64,000 nucleotides of DNA. It comes from a virus. Positions 29,086 through 38,537 of the stretch are shown here, piece by piece (within the stretch, counting starts at the first letter, position 1; every line of letters begins with the position of its first letter). Where the stretch lies: positions 32,001 to 96,000 of the IMG/VR virus record IMGVR_UViG_3300008255_000101; one strand, written 5' to 3'. The notes below the pieces were generated by a model. That model was not told the origin of the DNA, did not search any database, and saw only the letters and a list, made by a program, of their open reading frames with translations. The translations under genes were made by a program, and so were the position numbers.

Positions 29086-29781
29086 CTATTTTTGATTGTT
29101 GTTCTTGTTAAGTTCTCGTAGTTTTGCCAAAGAAGAATTGACAGTTCCTCCCTGACCGAGACTCTTAGTCTCAAGCTTCACCCTATTCGTCATGTCGTCC
29201 ACTTGGAAAGATGATGGAACGTAGACCTCTTCACCCACCGTACTCCGGCTAGACTTGGTCTCTACAGACCGTACACCTGCCCCTGAAACGGTTATACCCC
29301 TGACGGACTCTTCAACGCGATCCAGTTGTTCGACCACCGATGAGGAGATGTCATTCTTATTTTTGAGAGCCTCCTGGATACCAGCTACCTGTACAGCCAG
29401 GGACTGCAGGGCAGTTTCTACACCTGTACCGGTTGCGGGAGTGGCTGCAGGGGGCATTACTTCTTGACCACTCTTTTGCTGTATAACAGCAACCTTATCA
29501 CTGAGCTCTCTAATTACTCCCAGGATTGCGTCCATCTTCCCATCATCTACGGGGACCGCTGGTTGCACCACTTCTGGATTCTGTACGGGGGCCTTAAACC
29601 CAGGATAACTCTCGACCTTGTGGTCCATCACAAAAAGCTTTCCAGCTTCTATGGCCTTTTTGAGTTCGGGGGAGGAATTATATTGGTTATCCGAAAAAAT
29701 CTTTTCTTGACCATAGTAGACCCTGTCTGCTATGTCCCGTAATTCCACAGTTCGGAAATCTATTCCTCTTACCTTTATCAT
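29086..29781 (-). CDS. Coiled-coil protein co-transcribed with the actin-like gene (possible adaptor)
   Basis: 231 aa: small N-terminal domain ending SPELKKAIEAGKLFV, coiled coils, and an amphipathic basic C-terminus (SSLAKLRELNK). Confidence 0.7.
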   Translation of the reverse strand: MIKVRGIDFRTVELRDIADRVYYGQEKIFSDNQYNSSPELKKAIEAGKLFVMDHKVESYPGFKAPVQNPEVVQPAVPVDDGKMDAILGVIRELSDKVAVIQQKSGQEVMPPAATPATGTGVETALQSLAVQVAGIQEALKNKNDISSSVVEQLDRVEESVRGITVSGAGVRSVETKSSRSTVGEEVYVPSSFQVDDMTNRVKLETKSLGQGGTVNSSLAKLRELNKNNNQK

Positions 29782-29830
29782 TTTTTATAGTAAGCCCGCC
29801 TTAGGCCGCGGGCATAGCCTTTCGGATGGA

Positions 29831-30874
29831 TTAGCCCAAGTAGGCAGCGAGCTTTTCTTGGTTGATGCGCGCAGACTTGCTGGCTGGTGCCGGCGTAGCC
29901 TGTGCCACATCGCGGGGTGCCCCTTGGTTACTGAGTTCATCAGCACCAGGAACGTGTATTTTGGAGGAAGTACCGTCTTCGTTCTGAACCGTTTGGTCAT
30001 AAGAAGGAAGCTGGTGGACAGGAGCCGAAGCCATTTCGTTCACCACTTCGATAGCCTGGGTAGCGCCTGGGAGATATTTTTCCAGCATGGAAACATTCTT
30101 ACCCTGGCCTGCAAAAGAAGCACCGATAGTGAGAAGAAGTGCGGCCAAAGCTGCCTTAACAGGAGCACCTGCCAAATGAGAGGCGTCGGGCTCAGGCATC
30201 AGCATGGAGACCATAGCCTGCAAGTCGTTGTGCTTAGCATCACCGTACTTGGTCTTGAAATTGCGTAGGTTGGTTTCCATGTCCGCAGGAGACAAATTGG
30301 TTTCGAAGATGAATTCCAAATCGTGAGGATGGACATCCTTAAGGATGGCTTGGGCTTGTTCCAAGTCACGTGCGCGAACAGCATGCTCGTCCAGTACCTT
30401 CACAGCCCGGAGTGCTTTCTGCTTGGCGTCTTCACCCACGTCCACTTTACCGGTGGCGATGTTGGAAACATTCTTAAGTCCGTTCATGACCTTGTCTAGG
30501 ATACCCGCCTGTGCCTCCATGGCAGCTTGAGCCTCCATGGCACCTTCGTCTTCCTTGGAGCCTTCTTCGGAAGCCTCGGCAACGTCCACGTAGAACTTTT
30601 CGCTGTCGGGAGTGGCTACGTAGGACATGGAGCTCTGCTTACAGGAAGCACACTTAACCTTGTCATTGACAGTCACAAGCGCAGCTTCGACGTTGAATGT
30701 CCCACCCTCAGAGGCCACTTTGCTGGCATGGCTGTGGATGGACGCATTGATTTCGCTCAACGAGGCAGTGTGCCCACAGCCGCCGCATGCAAAAATGGTC
30801 TTTTCGGCAGCTTCTTTCTCCAAGTCTTCAGCGAGCTTGATGAGGTGTTCGGCGGCAGTGATGATTCGTGGCAT
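29831..30874 (-). CDS. Zn-ribbon protein with an internal signal-peptide-like hydrophobic segment; putative internal virion protein
   Basis: CGGC...CASC pair, hydrophobic stretch KAALAALLLTIGASFA, several K/E-x-A motifs. AGGAG RBS. Confidence 0.65.
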   Translation of the reverse strand: MPRIITAAEHLIKLAEDLEKEAAEKTIFACGGCGHTASLSEINASIHSHASKVASEGGTFNVEAALVTVNDKVKCASCKQSSMSYVATPDSEKFYVDVAEASEEGSKEDEGAMEAQAAMEAQAGILDKVMNGLKNVSNIATGKVDVGEDAKQKALRAVKVLDEHAVRARDLEQAQAILKDVHPHDLEFIFETNLSPADMETNLRNFKTKYGDAKHNDLQAMVSMLMPEPDASHLAGAPVKAALAALLLTIGASFAGQGKNVSMLEKYLPGATQAIEVVNEMASAPVHQLPSYDQTVQNEDGTSSKIHVPGADELSNQGAPRDVAQATPAPASKSARINQEKLAAYLG

Positions 30875-30931
30875 ACCTTTTTCTCCTGTTCCAGTACGTT
30901 AGGTCTAGCAACATAACCGTACGAGGAAAAC

Positions 30932-30953
30932 AAAAACCTGTACGGCGGGTTTT
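30932..30953 (-). terminator. Weak terminator-like hairpin in the leader of the 30874 gene
   Basis: Minus strand AAAACCCG-CCGTA-CAGGTTTT (one C/A mismatch at the top of the stem) followed by TGTTTT. Confidence 0.4.
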
Positions 30954-30970
30954 GAAATAAGAGCACAAGG

Positions 30971-30983
30971 ATTAGAAGATTAT
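30971..30983 (-). promoter_or_regulatory. Putative late promoter motif (ATAATCTTCTAAT)
   Basis: Consensus copy; identical sequences at 37636 and 44032. Confidence 0.7.
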
Positions 30984-30989
30984 CCGTCC

Positions 30990-32375
30990 CTACGCCGTAA
31001 TATTCTCAAAGGTCACTGTGCGGCCTATTGGTACGGTCCCCGGGATGCTCTCTGGCTTGATAGGTAATTGGGGACTTGCGTCCGAAGGCCTATCCTCTCT
31101 GTAGGCGTTCCACCCTGCGGGCACATACAATTGGCCACCATTGATGGGGACAGAATACACGGGGTCCGTCTGGTCTATCTGGGACAAGCTAAAGTGCTGC
31201 TGATAGGTGGCGCCGCGAGATCCCTGTGGGTTGGGCCTCACTACATAGAATCGATCGTTGTTGGATCGAACTATGACGTCCCTGTCGTTCAGAAGGGGCT
31301 CGGGCCCAGTCCAGGTATTCCAATCGTATGTGATATGGAGACCTGCGTCCATCAAATTTACGGCTTTCTCCGTCTCAGGGGGAGCGATTATTATGTCAAA
31401 AGGTCCTTCGTAACCTCCCACATACCCCGTGCCGTAGCAGATCATGCAACTCCGGTCTGTACCCACGCCCTTCGAGCGTCCGTAAACATCGTTGTAGCAA
31501 CTGCATCTTTGGCCGTTCCATTTCCTTAGGAAAAGTTTGACCCTGTCCCCTGTCTGCTCCAAAAGCCAGTGATTCCTGCGAATGGCCTCTGCCCAGATCC
31601 AATCGATCTTCTCCATGTCGTATAGGCTTATGGCTTCGCACTCACTCAGGGGTGTCTCAATGTCTTCGTTCTTATCAAAATCATGAGCTACCGTTGTTAC
31701 CTTGTAGTAGATCTTGCGGCTCATATCGTTTGCAATTAGACCGTTCAGGTAGTAGTAGGTCACTCTTATGCCCCCAGAAAGCAAATCGGGTAGGACAGGT
31801 TTCTTATAGGAGTTAGTGACTGGGTCGTAGGTCCTATTCGTGTTCAGGAATATTAAACCCTCGTCCGCATATATTTTCCAAGGTATCACAGGGACATAAC
31901 CCATACCATCACCGGCATCCACTTCCACCAAAACATCCTGTACGGTTGTGGCCTTTAGGTCATTACTACCAGGATGGATCACCTTCTTGTGAGATGTGTG
32001 GAAAAACCAAGTTTTCTCAGCATTTTCCCCGGGATTCAATCGAGACAGGGCATCTTCCTGAGTTACCAAAACTTCTTGGGTCTGGTCTCTCCAGCTCAAA
32101 CTGGATATGGGCTGCTGGGTAGCGAGCTCGTATGTTCCTTGGGGGGCGTCTAGCGCCCTGTACACGTTTACACCCAGTACCTGAAGCCCGTTGTTTTGAA
32201 AGTATGCTGCGGGGTTATCCCAACGTACATCTATGACCCCTATCAGGTAGGGGCTCGTTACGTTGACACTGCGGGGAGGGAGCGGTAAGGACTTAGGCTT
32301 ATCGTCGCCGCTTCTGTAGGGTAGGTTGAATAAAGGCCTGCCCTGCCCCTGAATGTTACTAGTGGTGTTATCCAT
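30990..32375 (-). CDS. Putative neck/head-closure protein with Zn finger and FN3-like N-terminus
   Basis: RCSC...CMICYGTGYVGGY motif plus WTGPEPLLNDRDVIV...RFYV. N-terminal VRWDNP...GVNVYR. Confidence 0.55.
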   Translation of the reverse strand: MDNTTSNIQGQGRPLFNLPYRSGDDKPKSLPLPPRSVNVTSPYLIGVIDVRWDNPAAYFQNNGLQVLGVNVYRALDAPQGTYELATQQPISSLSWRDQTQEVLVTQEDALSRLNPGENAEKTWFFHTSHKKVIHPGSNDLKATTVQDVLVEVDAGDGMGYVPVIPWKIYADEGLIFLNTNRTYDPVTNSYKKPVLPDLLSGGIRVTYYYLNGLIANDMSRKIYYKVTTVAHDFDKNEDIETPLSECEAISLYDMEKIDWIWAEAIRRNHWLLEQTGDRVKLFLRKWNGQRCSCYNDVYGRSKGVGTDRSCMICYGTGYVGGYEGPFDIIIAPPETEKAVNLMDAGLHITYDWNTWTGPEPLLNDRDVIVRSNNDRFYVVRPNPQGSRGATYQQHFSLSQIDQTDPVYSVPINGGQLYVPAGWNAYREDRPSDASPQLPIKPESIPGTVPIGRTVTFENITA

Positions 32376-33210
32376 TGGTCACCTCGCCATGGCCACCTAT
32401 ACCCACAACCCTCTTACCTATTTTTTGGTAGTAGGGAGCTCCGTAGGTGCCAGAATAGTAAATGATGCGTAGGGTCATCCCTTCCACTAAGGACGGTATG
32501 TCCATAGCATACCCCGCCCACGTTAGGCGATTCCCAATCACTTCGAAATCTACACCCTGTTGCATGGTGGAGGCCTGAGCCAAATTAGCAGCCACCTCCG
32601 TAGCATAGCTGTCTGCTATCTCCACGTACTTATTGATGATGTTCGTAGCGGTGAGCGTTATGTATTCCACAGTTACGCTTCCTGCCGTACTGGAGTCCGC
32701 TGTTACCACATATTTGGTCATGCTAGTGTCCGAAACCTGTCCACTAACAGGCCTGCTCTCCACGTATACTTTCCAATCCTTGACGTTCCTATCGTTATTT
32801 ACGTCTACAGAAGTGCTTAGTACTGGGAGATCATAGGACACATCGTACCTTTTAGACGCTACGGCTAACGATGCGTAGGCGTGGTTCCCTTTGACTTCAA
32901 AGGTTACCCTTGCTTCCCCGTAGGGTGCGGTTAAAGCTACTGTTTCCTGTTGCCCTGCCCAACTTCCTACACCCACTAAGCTCGGATCAAAATTACCGCT
33001 AGTCAGGTTATACGTAGAGATGGCCACCAAGGCTTTTTCAGGATTCCGTCTAAAATAAACCTTGTTGAAGGGGTTAGCTAGGATGACGGTGTAGTCCGAG
33101 GGTACCGACCCTGTAGTCACAGTGAAAGAAACACTAATACCCCTTTGCCCGGTCAGGGAAGGTTTGGCGGACAGGTTCTCCAAGGTGTAAGCGGAATTCA
33201 TGGCAAACAT
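32368..33210 (-). CDS. Hypothetical virion protein (start revised to 33210)
   Basis: ATG at 33210 directly follows the stop of the 706-aa gene. Carries a C-terminal GVDFEVIGNRLTW module. Confidence 0.6.
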   Translation of the reverse strand: MFAMNSAYTLENLSAKPSLTGQRGISVSFTVTTGSVPSDYTVILANPFNKVYFRRNPEKALVAISTYNLTSGNFDPSLVGVGSWAGQQETVALTAPYGEARVTFEVKGNHAYASLAVASKRYDVSYDLPVLSTSVDVNNDRNVKDWKVYVESRPVSGQVSDTSMTKYVVTADSSTAGSVTVEYITLTATNIINKYVEIADSYATEVAANLAQASTMQQGVDFEVIGNRLTWAGYAMDIPSLVEGMTLRIIYYSGTYGAPYYQKIGKRVVGIGGHGEVTNG

Positions 33211-33211
33211 G

Positions 33212-35332
33212 TTAAGCCCCCGAGGGGTGGGATACTGTAAACAGCCCCACAGCAAAAGCATAGGTGGAATCTAGGGATTCAGTTACCTGCCACGAGGATC
33301 CTTCCAAATCTGTGTTCATGAACCCACCCAGTAGGTAAAAATCATTCCGAGGCACGAACACTACTTTTTTACCGGCTACACCCGTGAACAGAGGGTAGCT
33401 GCCGGCCATAACAAAAATAACAGTCGCTATCGTGCTAAGGGCTTTGTCTATGGTCCGATAAGGAGCCGCAAATGAGCCGTTTCCGTCGGTGTCACTACCG
33501 TCCATAGCTACGTAGGCAGACACCCCCTCGAAAGCGGCCTGGTCAAAGGGTTGTACGAAAGCGGAATCTCTTTTTAGCACGTAAGGCGTAGCGGCCTGGG
33601 GGTTAGACACAGAAACAGAGGCACTGTTCAATTCCAACCCGTGATCGTCGAAGTACATTTTGCGATCGGAAACCTTCGCTGTAGTGCTCCCTAGATCAAA
33701 TTGTACGGGGTCGCTGGATACATCAGACATCGCCTTACTAAGGCGTCGGAGTGGTCTGTCGGAATCCCCGTCATATACAACATCGTAACCCTGTTGCCCT
33801 AAGTTTAACTCGGCCTCAGTGCGTCCGTTAACATCCGACAAATTTTCTAAGGCACCTATATCAGAACCTTCCCCCTTATACGCTCTGTTAGCTCCTACCC
33901 TATCCTGAGACTGAGGGTACGGTGCAATCTTGTTGCTTGTATAACTGGTAGAGGGGTTAGCCGTTTTTCTACTTGGCGAGGGATCGGTTAGGTTGTAATC
34001 CCCTGACCCCACAAACAAGGGATCGTCGTCCCGGTTGCCCAGGATTCCTACGAAAAGGGCCATGTCAGCGGTATTGTACACATTGTTGTACCTTACGTTT
34101 GCCAGTAGGCCCGATGTGAAGTTTACAGTATTTACGTTGGTGAAGAAATTAGAATCCAGATTGGAGTAGCCGGGTACGCCAGCTGTTCCTTGCAACTCGT
34201 ACTGCACCCGTAGGTAGTCCCCCACCTCCATAGCATCCCCCAGGTATGGGTTGAGGGGGTCCACGGAACCACTCAGGATGGATACGGTGTCTCCCCCGGT
34301 TACGGTGAAGTCAACACCGTAATCACAGGCTGACCCAGTTGTCAGGTTAATTGCCACCGCGTAGTTACCGAGACCGTCCGTTACGAAGGGGTAAGGAAAG
34401 GGTCCTATGGTTTTACTTATGATCAAGGCAGGCGTTACCGGTACGAAAAGCACTCCGTAGGAAGCAACAGAACCCACGTCATCTATGTTGAGCTCACCCA
34501 CAGAATCCACCGTGTTGTGGGCGAATTCCATACGGGTGACCCCATTAGTGACTAAACCAAAATTGGTTGGGTACCCGTCCCCATAGATGGTGTTGGACAT
34601 GATGGTAGCTTCTTCTACATCACTTAGGGAAACACCTATGTTGGTCGAGTGTACAGTATTCCTTAAAATGGAAACGTAGAGGTAGGAAGTTATGATGATG
34701 GCGTTACTGCCACCAAAGTCACAATTCCGGATCATGATTGACCCTATACGGTTACCTGACCCATTGACCGCCTGCACACCCTCAGTGCTAAAGGTCAGAG
34801 TGTCCAGTACGTATGAGAAACCGTCGAGCAGTTCTACCGAGGATAGGACGGGGGTATTACCTGACAAACCTTTTATAGTACAGGGTTTGGTACCGAAAGA
34901 ACGGGAACCATAATTACCCGTATACAAAAGCACGGCGCCTCCCCCCATAACTCTTAGGAAGGCCACGTCTAGAGAAGAAACGGGAAAGCTCATGGTACCG
35001 GGATAGGAGTTCTTTCCGTTTACTGGATCCACGTAGATAGTCGGAGTCTTAGTCTGTAGCAACCCCACTATGTCAATCTGGACTGTGTACCCCAGGGTCC
35101 CAGCATCATCAGTACGGTTGATACCCAGGGTCATAGGGTAGGACTCCTCATCGTAGGTGTCCACGTTAACTTCCAGAACCCCGTCGTACGAACCAATCTT
35201 AAAAGAATTATTGGTATTGCCAGACACTATAGCGTAAGTAGGAGCGGTGGTACCGTTCCCGGGTGCGTCAAGAGTCCCAACCATAAAGTTCTCAGGTTGG
35301 CCTGCCGGTAAGCTATAGCTGTAATCTGCCAT
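33212..35332 (-). CDS. Right-handed beta-helix (pectin-lyase-like) protein with cadherin-like N-terminus and two DUF1565-like caps; tailspike/adhesin-like
   Basis: PTYAIVSGN...FKI...GVL (cadherin-like). Caps IYVDPVNG...GTMSFPVSSL and YVAMDGSD...GSFAAPYRTIDKAL. Asn-ladder repeats (IRNCDF, ILRNTV, IMSNTI, FAHNTV) and DIGALE. Confidence 0.65.
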   Translation of the reverse strand: MADYSYSLPAGQPENFMVGTLDAPGNGTTAPTYAIVSGNTNNSFKIGSYDGVLEVNVDTYDEESYPMTLGINRTDDAGTLGYTVQIDIVGLLQTKTPTIYVDPVNGKNSYPGTMSFPVSSLDVAFLRVMGGGAVLLYTGNYGSRSFGTKPCTIKGLSGNTPVLSSVELLDGFSYVLDTLTFSTEGVQAVNGSGNRIGSIMIRNCDFGGSNAIIITSYLYVSILRNTVHSTNIGVSLSDVEEATIMSNTIYGDGYPTNFGLVTNGVTRMEFAHNTVDSVGELNIDDVGSVASYGVLFVPVTPALIISKTIGPFPYPFVTDGLGNYAVAINLTTGSACDYGVDFTVTGGDTVSILSGSVDPLNPYLGDAMEVGDYLRVQYELQGTAGVPGYSNLDSNFFTNVNTVNFTSGLLANVRYNNVYNTADMALFVGILGNRDDDPLFVGSGDYNLTDPSPSRKTANPSTSYTSNKIAPYPQSQDRVGANRAYKGEGSDIGALENLSDVNGRTEAELNLGQQGYDVVYDGDSDRPLRRLSKAMSDVSSDPVQFDLGSTTAKVSDRKMYFDDHGLELNSASVSVSNPQAATPYVLKRDSAFVQPFDQAAFEGVSAYVAMDGSDTDGNGSFAAPYRTIDKALSTIATVIFVMAGSYPLFTGVAGKKVVFVPRNDFYLLGGFMNTDLEGSSWQVTESLDSTYAFAVGLFTVSHPSGA

Positions 35333-35338
35333 TTACTT

Positions 35339-35593
35339 TTATCTCTCGTACAGTACTCGTACTGTAACGTCGTGAGGGGCGTTCAGCACTTCGTTAATAT
35401 CAGATGAAGGTATAGCCCCATCGGTCCATACCAATTCGTTCCCAACCACCAGGAAGTCTACACCGTAGACCTGGGCAGGACCACCTAGGGGGTCCACCGC
35501 CACCTCTGACGGGTTCAGGGGAGTGAACGAAAGGGCTACTTTTCCAGCCACCCTGTATGGGGTTAAGTCGATTTCTTCTACTTCTAAAGCCAT
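35339..35593 (-). CDS. Small virion protein (84 aa; start revised to 35593)
   Basis: AAGGAGG RBS before MALEVEEIDL. Consists of a single GVDFLVVGNELVW module. Confidence 0.65.
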   Translation of the reverse strand: MALEVEEIDLTPYRVAGKVALSFTPLNPSEVAVDPLGGPAQVYGVDFLVVGNELVWTDGAIPSSDINEVLNAPHDVTVRVLYER

Positions 35594-35606
35594 GAGAAGG
35601 CCTCCT

Positions 35607-36509
35607 TTAGGACCAATACCCACCGCCGCCAACATAGTTACTTCTGGATTGAGTACCGACTCTATTGAACGGTCCCAGGGCAGAAGAAACACCGATGCCG
35701 AAGCGAGGTTGTTTTAGTCCCTTAACGATTTTAATGCTACGCTTTGCTTGCTCCAGAGCCTTGTCAAACTCTGCTTCATAATTCTCTTTCATGCCCATGT
35801 ACTTAGATGATTTTTCCAAGTCCAGGGATACGCCGCTCACCGAGTAGTTGAACTCGTCCGCGATCCAATTCATTGCCACTGACCTACATGCTTGAGCACA
35901 AGCTCCCATGAGGATAACGGATCGCCACCGGTTGGGCATACTGAGTACAGTAATGTCCGTCACAGGAGGAGCAGCGTTGTACATGTCGATCGCTATGAGG
36001 AGATACTCGTACAATTCCTCGTCTTCCCAAATGTACCCGAACACTTCAGTCTGGGATTGGATAAATTTTTCAGTTGACGGGGGACGGAATCTATAGTTGC
36101 GGTCAGGGTTATTATCCCTCAGCATGATACGTAGACGCCTAATCAGCATCGCGTCACTAGACGCAGGATTCCCCGTGCCGATACTGGTAACTACGTTATC
36201 CCCAACCACATTGAATTCTTGAACAGCTTGTGTGATAGAGGAGGTTGCGGATTCTTTAAAATTCCAACGTACGATCCAATCGCCTATGTTGGAATCGAGC
36301 GGTAGAGTCGTCTGGACATAAAACTCCCCAATCCCCACTGAAGCGGGAACCTGATTGGGAGTACCTATTAGAACTTCTACGCCAGTGGTGTAATCGAACA
36401 AAGAGTACGTGATAGCGTAAGGATCCGTGAGGACCCCTTGGGCATTCCGTATGGCTATCTTCAGATCCTCTGGACCTAGGGTCTGCCCTTTTTTAAAAGC
36501 TACGCTCAT
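35607..36509 (-). CDS. Putative head-tail adaptor/neck protein with N-terminal Ig-like domain
   Basis: LRIMLRD...WEDEELYEYL...YNAAPP...FNYSVSGVSL resembles helical head-tail connectors. Located in the neck region. Confidence 0.55.
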   Translation of the reverse strand: MSVAFKKGQTLGPEDLKIAIRNAQGVLTDPYAITYSLFDYTTGVEVLIGTPNQVPASVGIGEFYVQTTLPLDSNIGDWIVRWNFKESATSSITQAVQEFNVVGDNVVTSIGTGNPASSDAMLIRRLRIMLRDNNPDRNYRFRPPSTEKFIQSQTEVFGYIWEDEELYEYLLIAIDMYNAAPPVTDITVLSMPNRWRSVILMGACAQACRSVAMNWIADEFNYSVSGVSLDLEKSSKYMGMKENYEAEFDKALEQAKRSIKIVKGLKQPRFGIGVSSALGPFNRVGTQSRSNYVGGGGYWS

Positions 36510-36519
36510 CGGTCACCCC

Positions 36520-37077
36520 CTAGCGGTACAACCCTGAAAGTTTGGCAGCATCGTCCTCATCCAGGCTTGCTTCCTTAACTTGCTGTGTACCCCCCAGCAT
36601 GCGGGACATTTCTGTGTGCATGTTTCCTGGGAGGATCTTTCGCTTGCTTATTTCGTCCTCTACCCTATCACCTTCTCGGCTGTCCATCAGTTTTTTGGGA
36701 TCGATGTCTGACGCCACTTTCTGTAAAGCAGGAACTTCCTTGATGATGTCACCGTCTACCTTGGCGGCGTCCTCGGGAGTCACTTCGTTACTGGAAGCCA
36801 TAATAGGTACTTGGTTGCTGACGGGCTTGTTAGCATTGGAGTCGTAGGCGTCGATGACTTTTTGGGCCCTTTCAATATTACCGCGGACGGCATCAGACAA
36901 CATCTTGGAAGGACGATTCTCCATCCTCTGGGAAAGGATCTTCGTCTTACCTCGAACTGTGCGGCCTAAGAAAATGTCTAAACCCTTTATTTCCTTACCA
37001 TTGGCGTAGTCGTTCGCCAATGCCAGTATCCCCAGGTAATTCTCAGCTCTTTCCACGCTAACCGGTTTATCTGCCAT
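36520..37077 (-). CDS. Hypothetical protein with K-x-A-S motifs; putative internal head protein
   Basis: 185 aa with KVAS and KEAS motifs. AGGAG RBS. Confidence 0.65.
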   Translation of the reverse strand: MADKPVSVERAENYLGILALANDYANGKEIKGLDIFLGRTVRGKTKILSQRMENRPSKMLSDAVRGNIERAQKVIDAYDSNANKPVSNQVPIMASSNEVTPEDAAKVDGDIIKEVPALQKVASDIDPKKLMDSREGDRVEDEISKRKILPGNMHTEMSRMLGGTQQVKEASLDEDDAAKLSGLYR

Positions 37078-37079
37078 GA

Positions 37080-37616
37080 TTAATCTCCTACCACTATTAC
37101 GGTGGCCTGTACATCAAAGTATCCAACATTTTCTGAAACGCCGTGATCGTAAATCCCCGCAGAACAAACCTCAAACAAAGTTTTCTTGGTCTCTTCCTCG
37201 GAATCCTCTGACACACGGTACTTCCACAATATCTCGTAATTGCCTGTAACCCACTTGTCCCCAATCTGGAAGTGTGGGTGGAACCTACCTGTCCTGATCT
37301 CTGCAGGAATCCTTTCCTCATTGCCTATGGGGTGAAACTCGGAAAAGTCGTCCCCTGAAACAAAACCCACTGCGTAGCTAAGACTGAAGGGACTTATACT
37401 GTTTCCGTTGGTGTCGTAGAAGACCACGTTCAGATCAGCTGACCCCGTCACGTAACCCTGGGTGTACGCTGGTACTACCATATCCGCTGGGATGAGGGTA
37501 ATCAAATCAGCTAGGTACCCCGTGGACCCTACGTCCGGTGGGGGAGTGTAGAACCCGGTGGCACCAAAGCCGCTCCCAAGCTGTTCTTGGTCTAGAGGGG
37601 GTAGGTACACAAGCAT
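37080..37616 (-). CDS. Ig-like virion protein, paralogue of the N-terminal domain of 35607..36509
   Basis: Both share the pattern L...D/N..G....P....Y......IG......PA....G.F.......G.W/Y...W. Confidence 0.6.
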   Translation of the reverse strand: MLVYLPPLDQEQLGSGFGATGFYTPPPDVGSTGYLADLITLIPADMVVPAYTQGYVTGSADLNVVFYDTNGNSISPFSLSYAVGFVSGDDFSEFHPIGNEERIPAEIRTGRFHPHFQIGDKWVTGNYEILWKYRVSEDSEEETKKTLFEVCSAGIYDHGVSENVGYFDVQATVIVVGD

Positions 37617-37635
37617 AATGTGTACAGCTGTTTGG

Positions 37636-37648
37636 ATTAGAAGATTAT
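37636..37648 (-). promoter_or_regulatory. Putative late promoter motif (ATAATCTTCTAAT)
   Basis: Consensus copy ~20 nt upstream of the start at 37616. Confidence 0.7.
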
Positions 37649-37662
37649 CCTGAGGTAAGGGG

Positions 37663-38100
37663 TTACCCCTTATTCTCTTCCATCACTAAGAGCATTTCAA
37701 TGTCGAAGTACACTCTTTTGTTTTCGGGATCAAGCATGGGTAGATAGTCCACCTGGCTCTCCCATATAAAGTCTTCCAGACCATCTGTGATATCCGAGAG
37801 GTCTCCGTCACCATAGTTGGCCTTGAGGTACTCCGTGACAGGTAATGCCAGCTGAGTATTGAACTCATCCAAATTATCAGAAACGATATTCAGCACCAGG
37901 CCATTAAGCACGCGGATGTCCTCAGGGGGCTCTCCCTCGTAAGAAGCGGACATGTGGGCGTACAACGTGAAGTCCTCGTCAGATAGCCCCAGGACTTCCC
38001 GGTTACCGGCGTCATGAATTTCTTCCAGGGATGGGTCACCTATCTTAAAGGACCCTTCCAGCGCCTTGACGCTTTCTGCAATCTGTTGAGTGTTCAGCAT
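37663..38100 (-). CDS. Very acidic hypothetical protein (start revised to 38100)
   Basis: GGGGAGG RBS before MLNTQQ; the start lies just past the upstream stop codon. D/E-rich. Confidence 0.65.
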   Translation of the reverse strand: MLNTQQIAESVKALEGSFKIGDPSLEEIHDAGNREVLGLSDEDFTLYAHMSASYEGEPPEDIRVLNGLVLNIVSDNLDEFNTQLALPVTEYLKANYGDGDLSDITDGLEDFIWESQVDYLPMLDPENKRVYFDIEMLLVMEENKG

Positions 38101-38101
38101 G

Positions 38102-38383
38102 TTAGAATGACCTCCCCGTACGCTGTCTTCCATTACCCCTTTTGATCTCTGCACAGAGAGATTTTAAAGAGCGGATATTGTCCACCAATGCCAAAGCATC
38201 CACTTCCAACCGATGGGCCAGATACTCCTGGGTTACTCGGGAGACTAGGTCTCCATTATTGTCGTAGTGGAAATACACCCTTTCTCTTTCCTGGGTGTTC
38301 TTGGTCATTTTGTAACCTGAAGCTTGGATGCTTGCAGCCAGGTACAGATCACAAGTCTTATACTCGTCTAATTCGTTTGCCAT
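38102..38383 (-). CDS. DUF5659-like small phage protein
   Basis: YKTCDLYLAASIQASGY...RVYFHY... resembles the T.DL.LAA.L...G family as recalled. Confidence 0.55.
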   Translation of the reverse strand: MANELDEYKTCDLYLAASIQASGYKMTKNTQERERVYFHYDNNGDLVSRVTQEYLAHRLEVDALALVDNIRSLKSLCAEIKRGNGRQRTGRSF

Positions 38384-38483
38384 TCTGTTATGCCCTATAT
38401 GCTTTTATTTTCGGGCAATAAGGTATTACCCGTCTTCGATGGATATACGCCTAAAAACCGATATTTAAAGAGTATGACACGAC

Positions 38484-38511
38484 AAAAGCCGGGAGTCTCC
38501 CCCCGGCTTTT
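38484..38511. terminator. Rho-independent terminator (bidirectional form) after the 137-aa gene
   Basis: AAAAGCCGGG...CCCGGCTTTT inverted repeat. Confidence 0.85.
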
Positions 38512-38537
38512 AACCAATCAACCAATCCAAAAAAGGA

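Noticed and set aside
28056-29830. Plasmid-type ParMRC partition cassette
   Set aside because: No iteron array is adjacent and the neighbouring gene is not RHH-like. The only RHH gene is ~15 kb away and coupled to the glycosyltransferase.
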